Program-made: the position numbers and the translations under genes | Notes under the pieces: generated by a model | Told to the model about the DNA's origin: nothing | What the model saw: the letters and a program-made list of their open reading frames with translations, nothing else | Databases searched by the model: none | Part shown: positions 47,801 to 61,807 of the stretch, one piece after another | Layout: the number at the start of each line of letters is the position of its first letter | How positions within the stretch are numbered: the first letter of the stretch is position 1 | Source: Podarcis gaigeae | Lineage: Eukaryota | Direction: 5' to 3' (one strand) | DNA length: 64,000 bases | Assembly: GCA_964106915.2 (NCBI GenBank) | Contig: OZ066914.1

Positions 47801-49934
47801 TGAAGTTCTTTGGGCCAGGAACTTGCCTCACTGCTTGTGTCACTACGTACAGTGGTTACAATAGGTTGCTGTGCTGCAGCTGGGATTATTTTTTTAATAT
47901 GCTAGTGGGGTATCTTTCCACAATGTTTCAGGTAGAGTTGCAGATACACATCCGTGCCCACAAAGAGTAAAAGTACTTGGTCAAGTACCGGTATGTAAAT
48001 AATCCCAGTTTCTCTGGGTTGTTGCTTTCAAGGAAAAAGGGTAGGGGAGCTCTCCAAAGTGGTTTATCGTTTCAAGATATTACCTTGGAAAATATTATCT
48101 TATTACCCAAGGGAAAGGATGAACACAGATCTCATGACATCCTGCAAGTTTTTGGCAAAGGGTCAAGTTCACAAACAATCAAAAGCATCATTCTTCTTCT
48201 GTAGAAAGATTTCTGGCCTAGAGATTGTAAAACACCACTTTCCCTTCCTTGAGGGTTTTTTTGGGGGTGGGGGTGGGGAGGTAATTTGAGTTACATTTCT
48301 GAGACTACATGTCTAATGGTGTGTGTGTGTGTGTGTGTGTTTTCTGTGGGATTCTAAATAAGTAAAGCTAGTCTGCACTGCATGCTCTGATGTAGCCTTC
48401 AGTGAGAGTAGATCAGGGACCTAACTGGTGGAAATGCAATAACAAAGCTGAGCTTCTGCCCTTAACATTTGTTTAGTTTTGCTCATGTGACAGGAAAAAG
48501 AAGACTTCAACAAGCAGAGACTGTGATAGGTGGCCTAACCTTGATTGTTCTTTTTTGTGATGTGCTTGTTGATATGCCTGTGGGTTAAGTATGCTTGTAC
48601 GTGTCTTGCATCAGTTCTCACTCTTAAGAGCATAAAATGCTAAAAGACTGAAGTGTGTACCGATTCTTTTTAAAAAGCCCGTTGATACACTCCACAGTTG
48701 CCAAGCTGCTCTGAGGGGGAAAAAAGAGGTACTGAACGGGGGAGACGGTGTGTAGGAACGTGCAAGCATTTGTGTTTTATAGAACACTTCACCACTGAGC
48801 AGAATGGAAAGGTTCCTTATTTTCAGACCTGTATATCCCATAAGTGGTGGCTGCTAAACCTGAGTTCTCTTGACGCTCACATTCCATCTATGAAGAGGAC
48901 TAACAGTGATGCTGTCTTCTTCCTTTTGCTTGCATAAACACAGGAGCAGCTTGCTCTGTTCACAGAGGGAAGGAAATCTTCTTGCGCTTTCACTATTAGC
49001 AATTAAACTCTAGTCCTATAAAAACATATCCCCTAGCGTTCACCTACCACCTATGGAACATTGATCCTGGAAGCAATCTTGCTTGTATCATAGTAGTTAT
49101 TACCTCTGCTGCTAATTATTGTGGTTTCTTAGTTTCTTGATAGTCCAAAACATCTCTGGCAGGAGCTGCTGGCATTTGGTATGCCCATGGTATTCTCAGA
49201 ACAGAGAGATAGAGATAAGGCCCCAGGTGCATCATGTGCAGTGTTTGCAAATTTGCTGCCTAATTTGGAGTTAGGCTGTGTAACAAGGTTGCACTCTTTC
49301 TTCCTATAGCCTTTATTTGCTGCATTAGAGGTGTGTTTCTAGTGACTAGCTGCCGAGCGTGGATCAAGACGAGGAAAACAAAAAGGCTTAACTTTTCCCC
49401 CAAAGAAAGAAATCTTCAGCTCTGTGTATCTGTCAAAAAATGGCAGCTACTGATTAATTGGTATTTACCCCTATCAGATAAATTGCAAATTACTTGTTCC
49501 CATAATTCTGCCTTCTATAAGGAAAGAAGAGGTAGCTGTGCAGATATGAATAGGGCATTTCTAGGTTTCTACCCGCCATGCCAAAAAGCAATGAAAGATC
49601 CTTTCTTGGCTCTGGCAAGCGGCTCTTGGCGCACTGTGCCATTCTTATTGCCAGGAGGGTGTGTTAGGAAGCAGCAGCAGCAGTAGTTCAAGAGCATGAG
49701 AGAAAGAGGCTCCCATTTGGACTGTGTCACTTAAGGTTTGCTTGATTTCAAGAATTTATGTCCTGCCTTGAATGGCAGCACCCAAAAATGTGCATTGGAA
49801 AAACGGTGAGCATTGGGTGCCTGCTGCAAAACATGCTGGCTACAGCTTGCTTTTTGTGTAACATTGGAGGCCATCAAGTTATTCTCTCACTCTAAATGAA
49901 GAGCTCATGGGTTGGTGGAGAATATTTTATAGAT

Positions 49935-49937
<3 letters not shown>

Positions 49938-50017
<80 letters not shown>
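49938..50017. repeat. (GATA)n microsatellite
   Basis: Read directly; one interruption. Confidence 0.95.
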
Positions 50018-50236
50018 TTTGCTTCCAAAGGTGGTGTTAGGAGTGGGGAACCCATGACCCTCCAGGTGTTATTGAGACTCTCAACTGCCCATCAGCCACA
50101 GACCCCACAGCCAACAGTCTTGAGAGTTGTAGTCAAGCAACATGTCCCCCAAAGGACATAAGTGCATAGTACCTGGCATTTGGCCCATCGTAATGCCTTT
50201 CCTTGCATCTTCTTGAAATTAACTGACTCACGGTAA

Positions 50237-50267
<31 letters not shown>

Positions 50268-50551
50268 GATGATGCTTTTGGTGGTTTCTTGCCTGCCTGC
50301 TGCCTGATTAAAAGGGATATGAGTCATTGAAAACTGTATAGGTAAGTGCTGGCTTTAGTAATAGCTGATACTGGCCTTTTCTCCCCTCTGGGCTTTTAGT
50401 GGAATTGCTGCATACCTGTCCAAATAACAATACAAGAGGCAACAAAACACCTCAAGAGACAGGGGAGGGTGGGCGGGGGGGGGGGGAGAAATTGAAACAA
50501 AAGTCCTGAAAATGAGAGAAACTCTGCTACTGGACCAGCTTTACTGTCTAC

Positions 50552-50816
50552 CAGGCATGTCCAAAGTCCATTTTAGGGGTCTAATCTGGTCCGCTGGTCA
50601 GTTTAATCCGGCCCCTGTGGCAGTTTATTTCCTGGGGTAAAATCCGAAAAAACCCCTCAAGAACTTCAATCCTAAAAAAAAAAAGCACAGCAACTTGGGG
50701 GTAGAATTATAAAAAAGCTCCACAACCACAATAAAGGTCATCAACTTTGGTCGGCCCTCACAGCCCTTCACTTCATCAAATCTGGCCCTCTTTGGAAAAA
50801 AAATTGGACATCCCTG
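50552..50816. mobile_element. hAT (Charlie-like) non-autonomous element
   Basis: CAGGCATGTCCAA / TTGGACATCCCTG termini and subterminal ggccc motifs. TSD not conserved. Confidence 0.6.
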
Positions 50817-51751
50817 TCAGTATAGTTGGGCCCAATAACAGACACATGAACCAGTTAGCCTTCCAGATGCTAAACCTACGATTTCCATACTGGCAAAAAA
50901 CCCAAAGCTTAGCAGGAGCTGATATGGGGACTTTTGAGGATATCCTTCAATCCCTTTTTTTTTTCAGCAAGCATCTCCTACTGTCTTGGTGACAGCTTTC
51001 TCCTAGCAGCTGGGATTTCACCTTAGAGGTGGTGCAACTTCTCTCCTTCTCTCTCCCTTGCATCCCCAAACACACATTTACGCAATGCAAACTAAGACTA
51101 GAGGCCACATTCTGCTTTGTTTAAACTTGTGCTTCTTTTCCGAAGCACCTCCCACCCCAGGGGAGACTCAGATGAGCACATGCAGTCCCCAAGAAACAGT
51201 TATCTCCTAAGGCTGCTGGAAACGGTTTGCTGGTGAGGCAATCCAGGCCTCCCTGCCAGAAAGAAGGATTTTTCTCCTAGGCAGTGCTCCTGAAGCACTC
51301 TCTCTTTCTTTCAGATGAAGCAGCCAGTTTTGGGCAGGAACTGTATTTTGTTACTAATGGGGAATGAATGGGACCTTTCATGCCTATGGGATGCTGCCAT
51401 GGCTGCACCATATTCCCACAAAGTGATGAACTGGAACATGTTGATCCTCTTCCTTCCCCCCCTTCCCAAACTCTTCAAGGCTTCTTGAGGTTTCTTTTAA
51501 TGATCTTTCAATGCTGTTTGAATGTATTAAACACTGGCTATGCTGTCTCTGCTCACAAGGCCCCCAGTGCTCAGAAAAGGCTGCACTTTGTCTATTAACA
51601 AAAACCCAATATGCACGTTTCTGTCCAAGTGCTTTGCCTTGGTCCTTGATGATGAACACAATGCCTTTAAAAGCAGCGCTGGCCTAAGACATTTTGCTGC
51701 CTGAAGTGGAGTCCAAATGTGACCCCTCCTGTTAGGAGCAATACAGTACTT

Positions 51752-51782
<31 letters not shown>

Positions 51783-54700
51783 TGTTATTGTTGCACCATT
51801 CAGGTGCCCCCTCCCTCTATCCTCCCTCTCTCATGGTACTACCTAAAGTAGGCCGCTTTCCTTTGCTGAATGGTGGTGGTGGGGTTTGCAGAAATGAGAG
51901 GATGTGGCTCCTACATCTTTTACTAACTATGTACTAGAGGTGCAGCTTGTAATCCAAGCAACACAGCACTTCCCCATAGCTGCCGCTTCTACAGCTGGCC
52001 ATGCAGGCTGAAGGGCAAGACCGGCACTGTTTAAAAGGAAAAGGCTGGTAGAATATCTGTGTTGCCTGCAGAAGCTCTCAGGTTCAATGCCCAGCAACTC
52101 CATTTAGGGACTGAACCAAGTAGAACGGCCAATGCAACTGATGGAGTTCTTGAGTCATCCCATTGATCCTTCCATACAGTGTCCTTTATTGCGTATTGAA
52201 AGTGAAAAACATAGTGTGATTAGCTCTCCCTCCCCTCCTCTTTCAAACAGCAAAAAATTATTTATATTTGTAACCAGCTTTATGCTTTCCCTCTTGCTGA
52301 GAAAATTGACTATTTTCCAATGCTGCTCAGTTGGAAGAGTGCTGTGTGAGTCAGAAATGTGCAGACTGACATAGCTTTTAAACTCAGCCTCTTTCATCCA
52401 GCCAGAGTTACAGTTACTTGGAACGTTTTTTTAACAATGTAGCTTTTGCTGGGTTCTGCTGTTTGAGACTGCATGTTTGAATGTTCCTTTCTAGTACAAA
52501 AAAAATATTCCTGCCCATACCAAACTAGTTTGTTAGAAAGATAGCTGGTCTGGCAAACCTTGTCCTGTCATGCTAGTTTTGTGCAGGCAGGAATACACAC
52601 ACACACACACACATATATACAAGAAAGCATTTGATCGTGGGCTCCCCCATGTGCTGTCAGAAATGGTTGCAATCCAGCAAAAGCTGCACTATGCTAATGT
52701 TTGTGTGTGTGCTTCAGTTTACAGTCTCTGCAGCTCGGAGGATATGCCAAGCTGAATGTCTGCTTTTCCCTAGTAGGCACAAAGAATGGTTCAGGAAGTA
52801 GTATCCATGATATATTTCCTTTCACCCATGAGAGTGAATATTATTTACCTAGTTGTTCCTCTGCCTACAGTATGAACTTCTGGCCTGATTTCATCTACTC
52901 TCTGTGTGCATTCTGATGTGCTTAGAGAGCTCCTGTTACCCACAAGGAAGCTCTGTGCACACATGGCAACACCCGTGGGTCTCTGAGCAGAGAGGCTATT
53001 GCTACACAGCTGCTACCTGTTGCTTGGAGACTGCCTGCCTTCAAAATGGGCTCTTGTGTGTGTTTCCCATTCGTTGCCTGAATTCTGGCAGCTCTTTCAT
53101 CTGCTCCCTTGAACACAGAGGGATTTGTGGAAGGGGAAGCAAAATTCTACCTATTACTAGTCATTTAACTCTTCTGGCCACTTCACTCCATGGTGCCCTC
53201 CCTGTCTCATTTGCTCTGGAGAAGACCAGTGACACACTCCCTGATGTAACTGGGAGCAGCTTCAGTGGATGCCCCCCCCCGCCCCTTCCAGGTATCGACA
53301 ACAATGAATTAAATAGATTGCTGGCATTTATTTCATGTTAAAACTGTACCTTTGCCCCAATACCATGACAGGGGTTTGCAGTGCAAACTACATGTTTTGT
53401 TCTGAGTTTTTCACCTGTCTGAGCACTCTGCCCTCATGGTTACAAATTCCTCTTACAAACATTAACCAAGAGCGAGCTGCAGAAGTCATCTTTGTATATT
53501 AGTGGGTTGTTGTTGTTTTTTAAATAAAAACGACCTCCCTTTGTCCTTGTGTTGTGTTCTTAGAGGACCAAAACAGAAGGTGTCCATTTTCCTTTAGTTG
53601 TGTCAAACCTATGCAAATTGAACTAAGAAGAAAGTGTCATCCCAGATGGATAACATGGAGCAAACAGAGGCCATGTTACAGCTTTAACAGGTAATAAGAG
53701 CTAGAGATATGTTGAATTAGTTGTTGCTAGTATGTCGTGGAGAAGGAAGCAAAACCAGCCACTGTTTTCACAGAAGTTGCAACATTCTGTATGTGGGACT
53801 ATCCATGACCTGTCTGCGGCCAACAGCAGTATGATCTTTAGTTCCTAATGTGTTTTACCTGTTTATACTTCATTACTACTACTACTGTTGTTGCTGCTGC
53901 TGCCACTACTACTACTGCTACTACTACTATTAATAATTTCATATGGATATATGGTTCCCAAGGTGAAGGAGGTTGAAACATGCTAAGAGATGGCAAAATT
54001 TAGAAGGTTATTTGCAAGAAAAAATGGTAGGGTTGTGTTTTTTGTGTGTGTTGGCAACATGCAAACCATTACATTTCAATCCCCTCTCCTACTTAAGAAA
54101 TACTGTCTAAGTTTAAGGTTAATAATCAAATTATATAAGCAAATGTCAAGATTAAAAAAGACCTTGCATACTGAGACTAAAAATAAAAGGGGGAAAACCA
54201 GGGTGCCAGAGAGCGCTTTCATTGTTATAGATCCGGTGTGCCTATTTTTAGACGTTCAAAGGTTTGTGGCTGCAGGAAGATATCAAAATATTTTGATATT
54301 TCTTTTTAAAAATGGGATTAGGATGTGTTCATTCGTTTTCTATGCCAGCCTTCACATCTTGACGTGTGCTTCAAGGGAGTAGGCAGCTGTGCCTGTCGAC
54401 AGGGGGCTACACACTGGGGTGCCATTTCAGGTTCAAGGGAAAGAGGAGATTTGATTCTCATCAAGGTTCGAAGGCATTCTTTTGGATGCTTTCTAACCCT
54501 TCATGGCCACCTGAAGCCTTTCCCCCACCTGAGATCCTGCATTACTCAGCCATTTAAAGCCTGTAGGCCCTTAATTTGCCAGCCTGCCTTCTCCTTAGAA
54601 TGTAGGTGGCCCCCCCAAAAAAGGGGGTGTGTGTCATTACTGAAGGCCCAAATTACAAGACTTTCAACTAATACTAGATACATGCCATCTAGAGGGGCAA

Positions 54701-55222
54701 ACTGCCTATCCCTCTGGATTTCAGACTACAAGTAATTATTCCTAAAAGCACATGAAATACAGTGCTTTAAAAATGTTTCTGTTGTTACTTCTTATTTTGT
54801 GAGTCGCCCTCCACACATATGTCCCGTTGCAATTTGCCGACATGTCCTTAAAAACAGCTAAAATAATTTTTAAACAGCACAAGAGCTGCAGAGGTATAGG
54901 TTTAAAAACAACATGGAATGAACCTCCAAGCAGAGACCTGGGAAAAGCTTGTTGAAAACATCCAAAAGTGGGCCTTTGAACCTTGCTGTGCATTGAATTT
55001 TGCCTTCCTAAATCCACCTCCCCAAATCTGAAATGTCACAACCCCCTATCTACCTCGGAGTGTAGTTTAGTCTCGTAATCTGCCATGCCAGGGAATAGGC
55101 TCCTGTGCAGCACTGGAGAGGCAGACAGGAATGTAGGCCAGACTCACCTGTTGCTAGGCTCCCATATCTTCCTCCTCCTGACTAGGGCTGCCGCAAACGT
55201 CTGCATTTGCCGGTGTTGGGTA

Positions 55223-55480
55223 CCGTATTTTTTGCTCTATAAGATGCACCAGACCACAAGACGCACCTAGTTTTTGGAGGAGGAAAACAAGAAAAAAAAA
55301 TTCTGAATCTCAGAAGCCAGAACAGCAAGAGGGATTGCTGCACAGTGAAAGCAGCAATCCCTCTTGCTGTTCTGGCTTCTGGGATAGCTGCGCAGCCTGC
55401 ATTCACTCCATAAGATGCACACACATTTCCCCTTACTTTTTAGGAGGGAAAAAGTGAGTCTTACAGAGCAAAAAATACGG
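55223..55480. mobile_element. Tc2/pogo-like MITE with an internal perfect hairpin
   Basis: CCGTATTTTTTGCTCT / AGAGCAAAAAATACGG TIRs and a TA TSD. Confidence 0.85.
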
Positions 55481-55835
55481 TAATTAAAGCCACATTCACT
55501 ATTCTGGTGCCCTAGATGTTTTTGGACTACAAGTCTCTCCGCATGCTGGCTGGGGCTGATGGGAATTGTGGTCCAAAATGTTTGGAAGGTTCGGGTTTGT
55601 GAAAGCTCTTCTAGGCACTAACCTGCCTCCCTCCTCTAAATTATTTCTAAAAATGAATTGGGTAAATGCAAAATGATCGTTCCTGACTACGGAACGTAGC
55701 CTGGTCTTGTAATGGTCATGCTGGTGGATATCCAGAACAAACCTGTTGTTTAGAGTCTCTGTCTCTTAGCTTTGTCCCCTTGCACTATTTAATAACAACA
55801 ATCCACCCTTCATTCTGAGGTCCCAGGGTGGATTA

Positions 55836-56069
55836 CAGTGGTACCTCGGGTTACAGACGCTTCAGGTTACATACGCTTCAGGTTACAGACTCTGCTATCC
55901 CAGAAATAGTACCTCGGGTTAAGATCTTTGCTTCAGGATGAGAACAGAAATTGCGGTGTAGCGGCAGCAGGACGCCCCATTAGCTAAAGTGAAACCTCAG
56001 GTTAAGAACAGTTTCAGGTTAAGAACAGACCTACAGAAAGAATTAAGTTCTTAACCCGAGGTACCACTG
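55836..56069. mobile_element. Tigger-like MITE
   Basis: CAGTGGTACCTCGGGTTA / TAACCCGAGGTACCACTG TIRs and a TA TSD. Confidence 0.9.
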
Positions 56070-57632
56070 TACAATAATTTAAACTGCAGCATTAAAAAAA
56101 TAGCTTAAAAGAGTTTAATTATTGCAAAAATAGGAAGGGTCCTCAAAATATACACCTCAAGGCTACAGTAAAGATTAGGTACACCAGTTTGCTTTCTGCA
56201 GTCCTTTATTTCCCCAAATTGCCAGGGTTTTCAGTATTTTCTGAATGTGGTTAATTGTTTTTCTCGTCTCTTGAAACACCAGCAGAGCCCTGATTTCTTT
56301 AAAAAACAAGATTGAAGGAAAGTAGTCATCTTAAATACCATATGTTATTTGTTCTAGTGCCCAAAAGGAAACCTTTTGATGATAGTTGGGTAGACTGACT
56401 GGTGATTTGGAACTGAAAAATGTCTGAGCAGAGAGCCATTCGTTTTATGAGACTTGTTCTGCTCTGTTGTTTAACAGGACTGCAAACAAAATATTTTAGA
56501 AACCCCCACGTGTGCAAGAGAAGGCATGCAGCCAATGAAGATACTGGTTGCTAAGCAGTCTGAGAAACAGATCCATATGGTTAGTTGTTTTGAGGAGATT
56601 TGGTAAGGCTTATACAAAGAACAAACAGCAGCAGGACTAGGATTTTTGAGAGTATTGTTTAATTTCCCATTCATGGGTTCCAATGAGGGTAAAAAGTCCT
56701 ATGGATAGAGTTCAACTTAATTGCATGTGTGGGATGGGGTCTCCTCACACAGTGGTACTTTCCCCCCTTTCCCCCCCCCACCCTAAATCTGCTCTGAAGG
56801 GTTGGGAGAGGGAAACCCAGAACAGGATTAGGGGGCACACGGTGGGAGGTGAGAGGGGGAAAGTTTCATGGCATGAGTAGACCCAGTTCCCCATGCACAT
56901 TCCCCACTTGACAATTGGCTGAATTCCATGCTCTATAGACAGCATGCCCAGGATGAGGGGAACCCTGAACACGCTATAGTTCATAGATTGTGGGTGGGGA
57001 AGCTGTGGCCCTCTAGATGTTTTTGGACTAACAACCTCTGCACATCCCAATCAGCATGGCCAGTGGTCTGGGATGATGGAAGTTATAGTCTCAACACCAC
57101 TGAGAAGACCACAGGCTCACCACCTCTGCATTAGGAAGAACTTCCTGAACGTATGAGCTGTTTGAAAGTGGGCAGACTATCTTGGATGGTGGTGGTTTCT
57201 TCTAGCCTCCACTTAAGTACCTGTGTCAGGGATGCAATAGCAGTGGATTTCCTGCATCCACAGGGCGTTGGATTAGATGAACTCTGAGACTGTTGGGTGA
57301 AGCTTCCAAGCAATGGCATTTTATATCTCTTCCATTGAGAAGTGCAGTCTTTGTGGAATTCTAATGAATAATTTGAATCACATGTACGTGCAATTCTCTT
57401 GATACCTCACTCTTGGTTACTTAAAACTTGAAGACTCATTTCTGAGTAGATGAACAGACTCCTTTGACAAGTATCATGTTTGATGTGATTTTACAGAAAT
57501 ATGGAAGTTCTGCCCTTGGTGTTTGATCTGTGGTGGTCCATTTACACATTATGTTGCACTGCACAAATGTTTATGTGATTGTGTGTGCATTTGCCTGAAA
57601 AACTCCCAAATTGTTTCTTGTTATTGCAATCC

Positions 57633-57965
57633 TGTCAGGGAACTGACATCAGAGCGAGAAGCGGAGGCAGGGCTCCCGAGCGATGCCGGAGAGGGGACCA
57701 GCAGGGGGGAAGGAATTCAGTGTAACACCAATAGAGAAGAGAGGGAGATGGAGGAATTGGTGACAGGGCTCCAAGACCCTTCACCCGAAACTAGTGGAGA
57801 GAGCGCTGGCACGCCCCTGCCTTCCCCTTACTTGCGCAGACGCGTTCCGTGCAGGGAACATAGGAGGAGACTCGGGGTCAAACAGCTTTTATGCTGGAAG
57901 AGGTTCAAGAAACGCCCACTGACGGATTCTGCAAGTGACTAACAGGTCACGGAGGGCGAGCTCTG
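57633..57965 (+). mobile_element. Probable 5' part of an LTR-retrotransposon LTR
   Basis: Abrupt GC/CpG-rich, purine-rich block starting TGTCAGG within AT-rich intron. No matching 3' CA end or TSD found. Confidence 0.45.
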
Positions 57966-60630
57966 ACCCTAAGCATGGTTGGGCAAGCAATCTAACTAAA
58001 CCGAAGGCAATTTACGCACAAGTAACCCCTCACAACCATTACAAATCCTAACAAAAATTATGGAAAATGTGGAAGTATTGTCTGTTGAGAAGAGAAGTTT
58101 GACAGCTTTAATACGCTGCGTAGAACCCTGGATCAGACTTTCTGTGCCCTTTCTAAGCTCTGGCATTGCCAAACTATGCACAATTATGAGCGCATAGATA
58201 GCCTGTTCACTTGATTTATAAAGGTGTATGGCAGGGGTGCAAGATTCAGATGAGTTGGTGGGCCACCCATCTAGCAGGTGCCCAGGGAGAACTTTTAAAA
58301 TGACATCTCACATCTAATCATGCTGTGCTGTCCTCCTGCATCTTGCCTTCACCTGCATCACGGTTCTCCTTCCCCAGCCCAAAATTCTTTCTTTAACTGC
58401 AAGTACAAGCAAACTGCAAACTTTACACCTCTGTGCTCCAGTGCATTCATCTTCACACTCATTGACACCTGTGCTGCTATTTAAAGGAATTGTGGAAGAG
58501 GCTAATGCTGAGTCAGTCACTTTGGCCCTTCTAAGGTCATTTGCTCCACTGCTTCCTTGCCCTGAAGGTGATTCAGTAATTTGTGTGGTCAGTGAAGGCG
58601 TGCGATGGACCATACTGGAGATAAGACTCCCAGGCCATTTGGTTGATTGGCAGCTCTGAACTAGGAAGACACTGCTGGATCTTTAGGCAAGGTGTTCTTT
58701 ACTTTTGTCAGAATGTTTCAACACCATACAGGGTTGAAGGGATGTAACTCAGCATCCCTAGTGATCTTTTGGACTGCTGTCCATTTGCAGGCACTGTGCA
58801 CCTTTTGAAGCAGCTACTTGAAAGATGCACTCCTAGCATCAACCAGCTGATTGGTTCTGACAGCACAAGTTCAAAGAGGCTCACTCTCCGCACCAGTCAG
58901 CTGATGTCACGTGATCTCAAAATGATGCCTCACCTGCCGGGGGAAGTGGGAAGACAACATGCAGGCCAGAGTGTCTGCTGTTCAACATTGCAGAAAAAGC
59001 ATTTATACAATGCTCTAGAGAGAGAGATGTGCCCCAGAGTGTCAGTGTATCTGCTTGACCATAGTGGAAGTGGGGCAAACTCGGCATCTACTGAGACCTG
59101 GATAGACCTTTTGTAGGTTTTGGCAAAACACTCCCATCTCACCATTGTAAATCCTGGGCACAGCACTGAAGCTGCCTTGACCTGGCAAATTTATCAGAAG
59201 AATTAGGCTTTCAATTAATAATGTTCCATACTAGTCATTGTATATTGCATCTTTTTGCAGTGTATGTTGCTTCTTGGGCTTCTCTTTTCCCCTCTTTGTT
59301 TCCAGATTGTGTTTCTGTACTTGAAGGGGGCAGTGGGGGCGGAGGCTGTGTACTTTTTCTTTCCCTGATTTATATATCATAAACTGGTCTGGCATAGGCA
59401 GTGGATTAGTAACTAGCTTTTCATATTGATAGCTGTTCTGCAGACTCTGTCTCTTGGTGCTTGAGGTGCAGCACTGTTTCATCTGAACATTTGGTTTTAT
59501 TTGGTTCCTTTCCCCTTCAATAAGTGTCTGCATGAGGGGTGGCGGTAGAGAGGCTTGACTTGGATTTAGATCTGTTTCCTATTGATGTCTGCCTCTCTGT
59601 GTATATTTGTTGCTGCATGATGGTGGTAGGTAAGTAAATCTAAATTCCCTAGGTGGCAGTTGTGTTCTAGATGTGGGAAGACTACTTTCCTCCATTTGGC
59701 ATGATTTTGTATGAAATGTCTGCCCAAGAACGGCACAGCAAGGGGTCGCATTCAGCCTCTGATGCCAAGAGAAGCTACCGGTAATTCCTCTGCTGGCTGA
59801 GAGAGTGAATTTTACTTCAAAGTAAGCTGTCCATCAGAACATGCTGGACATCCTGTTCTGGAGTCTCTTGATAGAACAGCCAAGAGTGGTGTGTATTGGG
59901 ATAGTAGAACACTCCAGCAGAGAGATGGGATCTGTGTCTGGGGTTCTGCAGCTTCATTGTAGATCTGTAAGTTACCAACATGGCAGTTAGGGGCCAGAAT
60001 GCAGAGGGGAGACCTTGGACGATGAGTTGTTATGTTGCTTTTGTTGGTTTCTTTTTCTTTTGAGCCTCGCTATTAGGGCACAGAGCATTTCCAAATTTAT
60101 TGTGTAACAAAGTGGACTGTGCTTCTTTTGATAAAGTACTTCCTTTCTGTAATAAAGTGGGGGCAAAAGTTAATTGCTGCCTTTTCAGCATGGCAATAAG
60201 GTCCCTGGTGCATTTGCTCTGATATGTGGACTCTGGAGTGTTTGTAGAAAGAGAATTTCAATTTTGGTACACGTAAAACTGAGAGGTAGGAAAAAGGTGA
60301 GAAAGAGAGTGCAGGCGAGAATGTGAGAATGTGTGGTTGAAGCTGTGGATTCTTGAGCCACTGAACTGTATTTTCTTTTGGACAGCCATTAGGGAACAGC
60401 CAAGGGCGTGAAGGGATCCTGCTAGGATATTGTTAGCTATATGCAGGTATGGTGGTGTCTCCCTGGCTCAAGAGAAGGCACTGAAACGAGGCCAAATCTG
60501 TACTGTGCCCCAGAAGGTATCTGCAGTTGCATTTACAGAACAGAATGACCACCTTTGTGTTCTTTAGTGGTTAAAGCAGAATTTACCTGAACGGCTGTTA
60601 GAATTAATGGAAAGAACGAGTTTCAACTTG

Positions 60631-61182
60631 CTGTTGTTGTTGTTTAGTCATTTAGTCGTGTCCCACTCTTTGTGACCCCATGGACCAGAGCATGCCAGGC
60701 ACTCCTGTCTTCCACTGCCTCCTACAGTTTGGTCAGACTCATGTTTGTAGCTTCGAGAACATTGCCCAGCCATCTCCTCCTCTGTCGTCCCCAGGGTCTT
60801 TTCCAGGGAGTCTTCTCTTCTCATGAGGTGGCCAAAGTATTGGAGCCTCAGCTTCAGGATCTGTCCATCCAGTGAGCATTCAGGGCTGATTTCCTTCAGA
60901 ATAGAGAGGTCTGATCTTCTTGCAGTCCGTGGGACTCTCAAGAGTCTCCTCAAGCACCATAATTCAAAAGCATCAATTATTTGGTGATCAGCCTTCTTTA
61001 TGGTCCAGCTCTCACTTCCATACATCACTACTGGGAAAACTATAGCTTTAACTATATGGACTTTAGTCGGCAAGGTGATGTCTCTGCTTTTTAAGATGCT
61101 GTCTAGGCTTGTCATTACTTTTCTTCAAGAAGCAGGCGTCTTTTAATTTTGTGACTGCTGTCACCATCTGCAGTGATAATGG
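60631..61182 (-). mobile_element. BovB (RTE) LINE 3' fragment
   Basis: ORF 60648..61115 (LDSILKSRDITLPTKV.IVKA.VFPVVMYGSESWTIKKA...IDAFELWC.RRLLRVP) is typical BovB. It has a (CAA)n tail and a possible AACTTG TSD. Confidence 0.93.
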
Positions 61183-61807
61183 AACTTGTAGGCTTTATAT
61201 TTACAAGAGATTTTAACCACTACAATGTTGCAGTGGCACAAAATGCAAATGCATCCATTTGTTGCGATGCAAGAATGTATTTGCTGTGGGGGGATTTTGT
61301 ACTGCTGGAGCTTCAACAATGATTGAAAAATTTAGTGGGGTCATGGCCCATAAATAGAACGCTTCTAGGTAAATATAGCTCTGATCATGGATGGAGAGTC
61401 CTTTGCTGGCATATTACCAGCCTCTCAGAAATGAAGGGTTTGTGCTTAAAACTCAGGTAGGGAGCTTACTGGCTCAGAGAGGACTATTGTGTCTCAGCTG
61501 TGTGCTTATCCACACTTAACCTTTCCTCCACGCTTTCCAGGCATGGTTTGTGCTTTAAAACTCTGTCTGAGTGCTCTTTCTTTCTTTCTTTTGCTCCAGA
61601 GGTTTCCCCGTGGAACCCTACTCCTTACTGCTGAATCAGAGCAAACAGCAATCCATGGAAAATTCAAATTGCTGTTTATTGTGTTTCAGCTTTAAAGAGT
61701 GAGTTTTCATGGGAAAAGCTCTGGAATGGAAATGAGAGAGAGAGAGAGCGCTCAGATACGGAGCTTTAAAGCATGGAGCTGTGCCTGGAGAATGTGTGGG
61801 GCTAAAG

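Noticed and set aside
53646-53690. Possible micro-exon (cccag|ATGGATAAC...AACAG|gtaata)
   Set aside because: Weak polypyrimidine tract and no homology; cannot be supported without transcript data.
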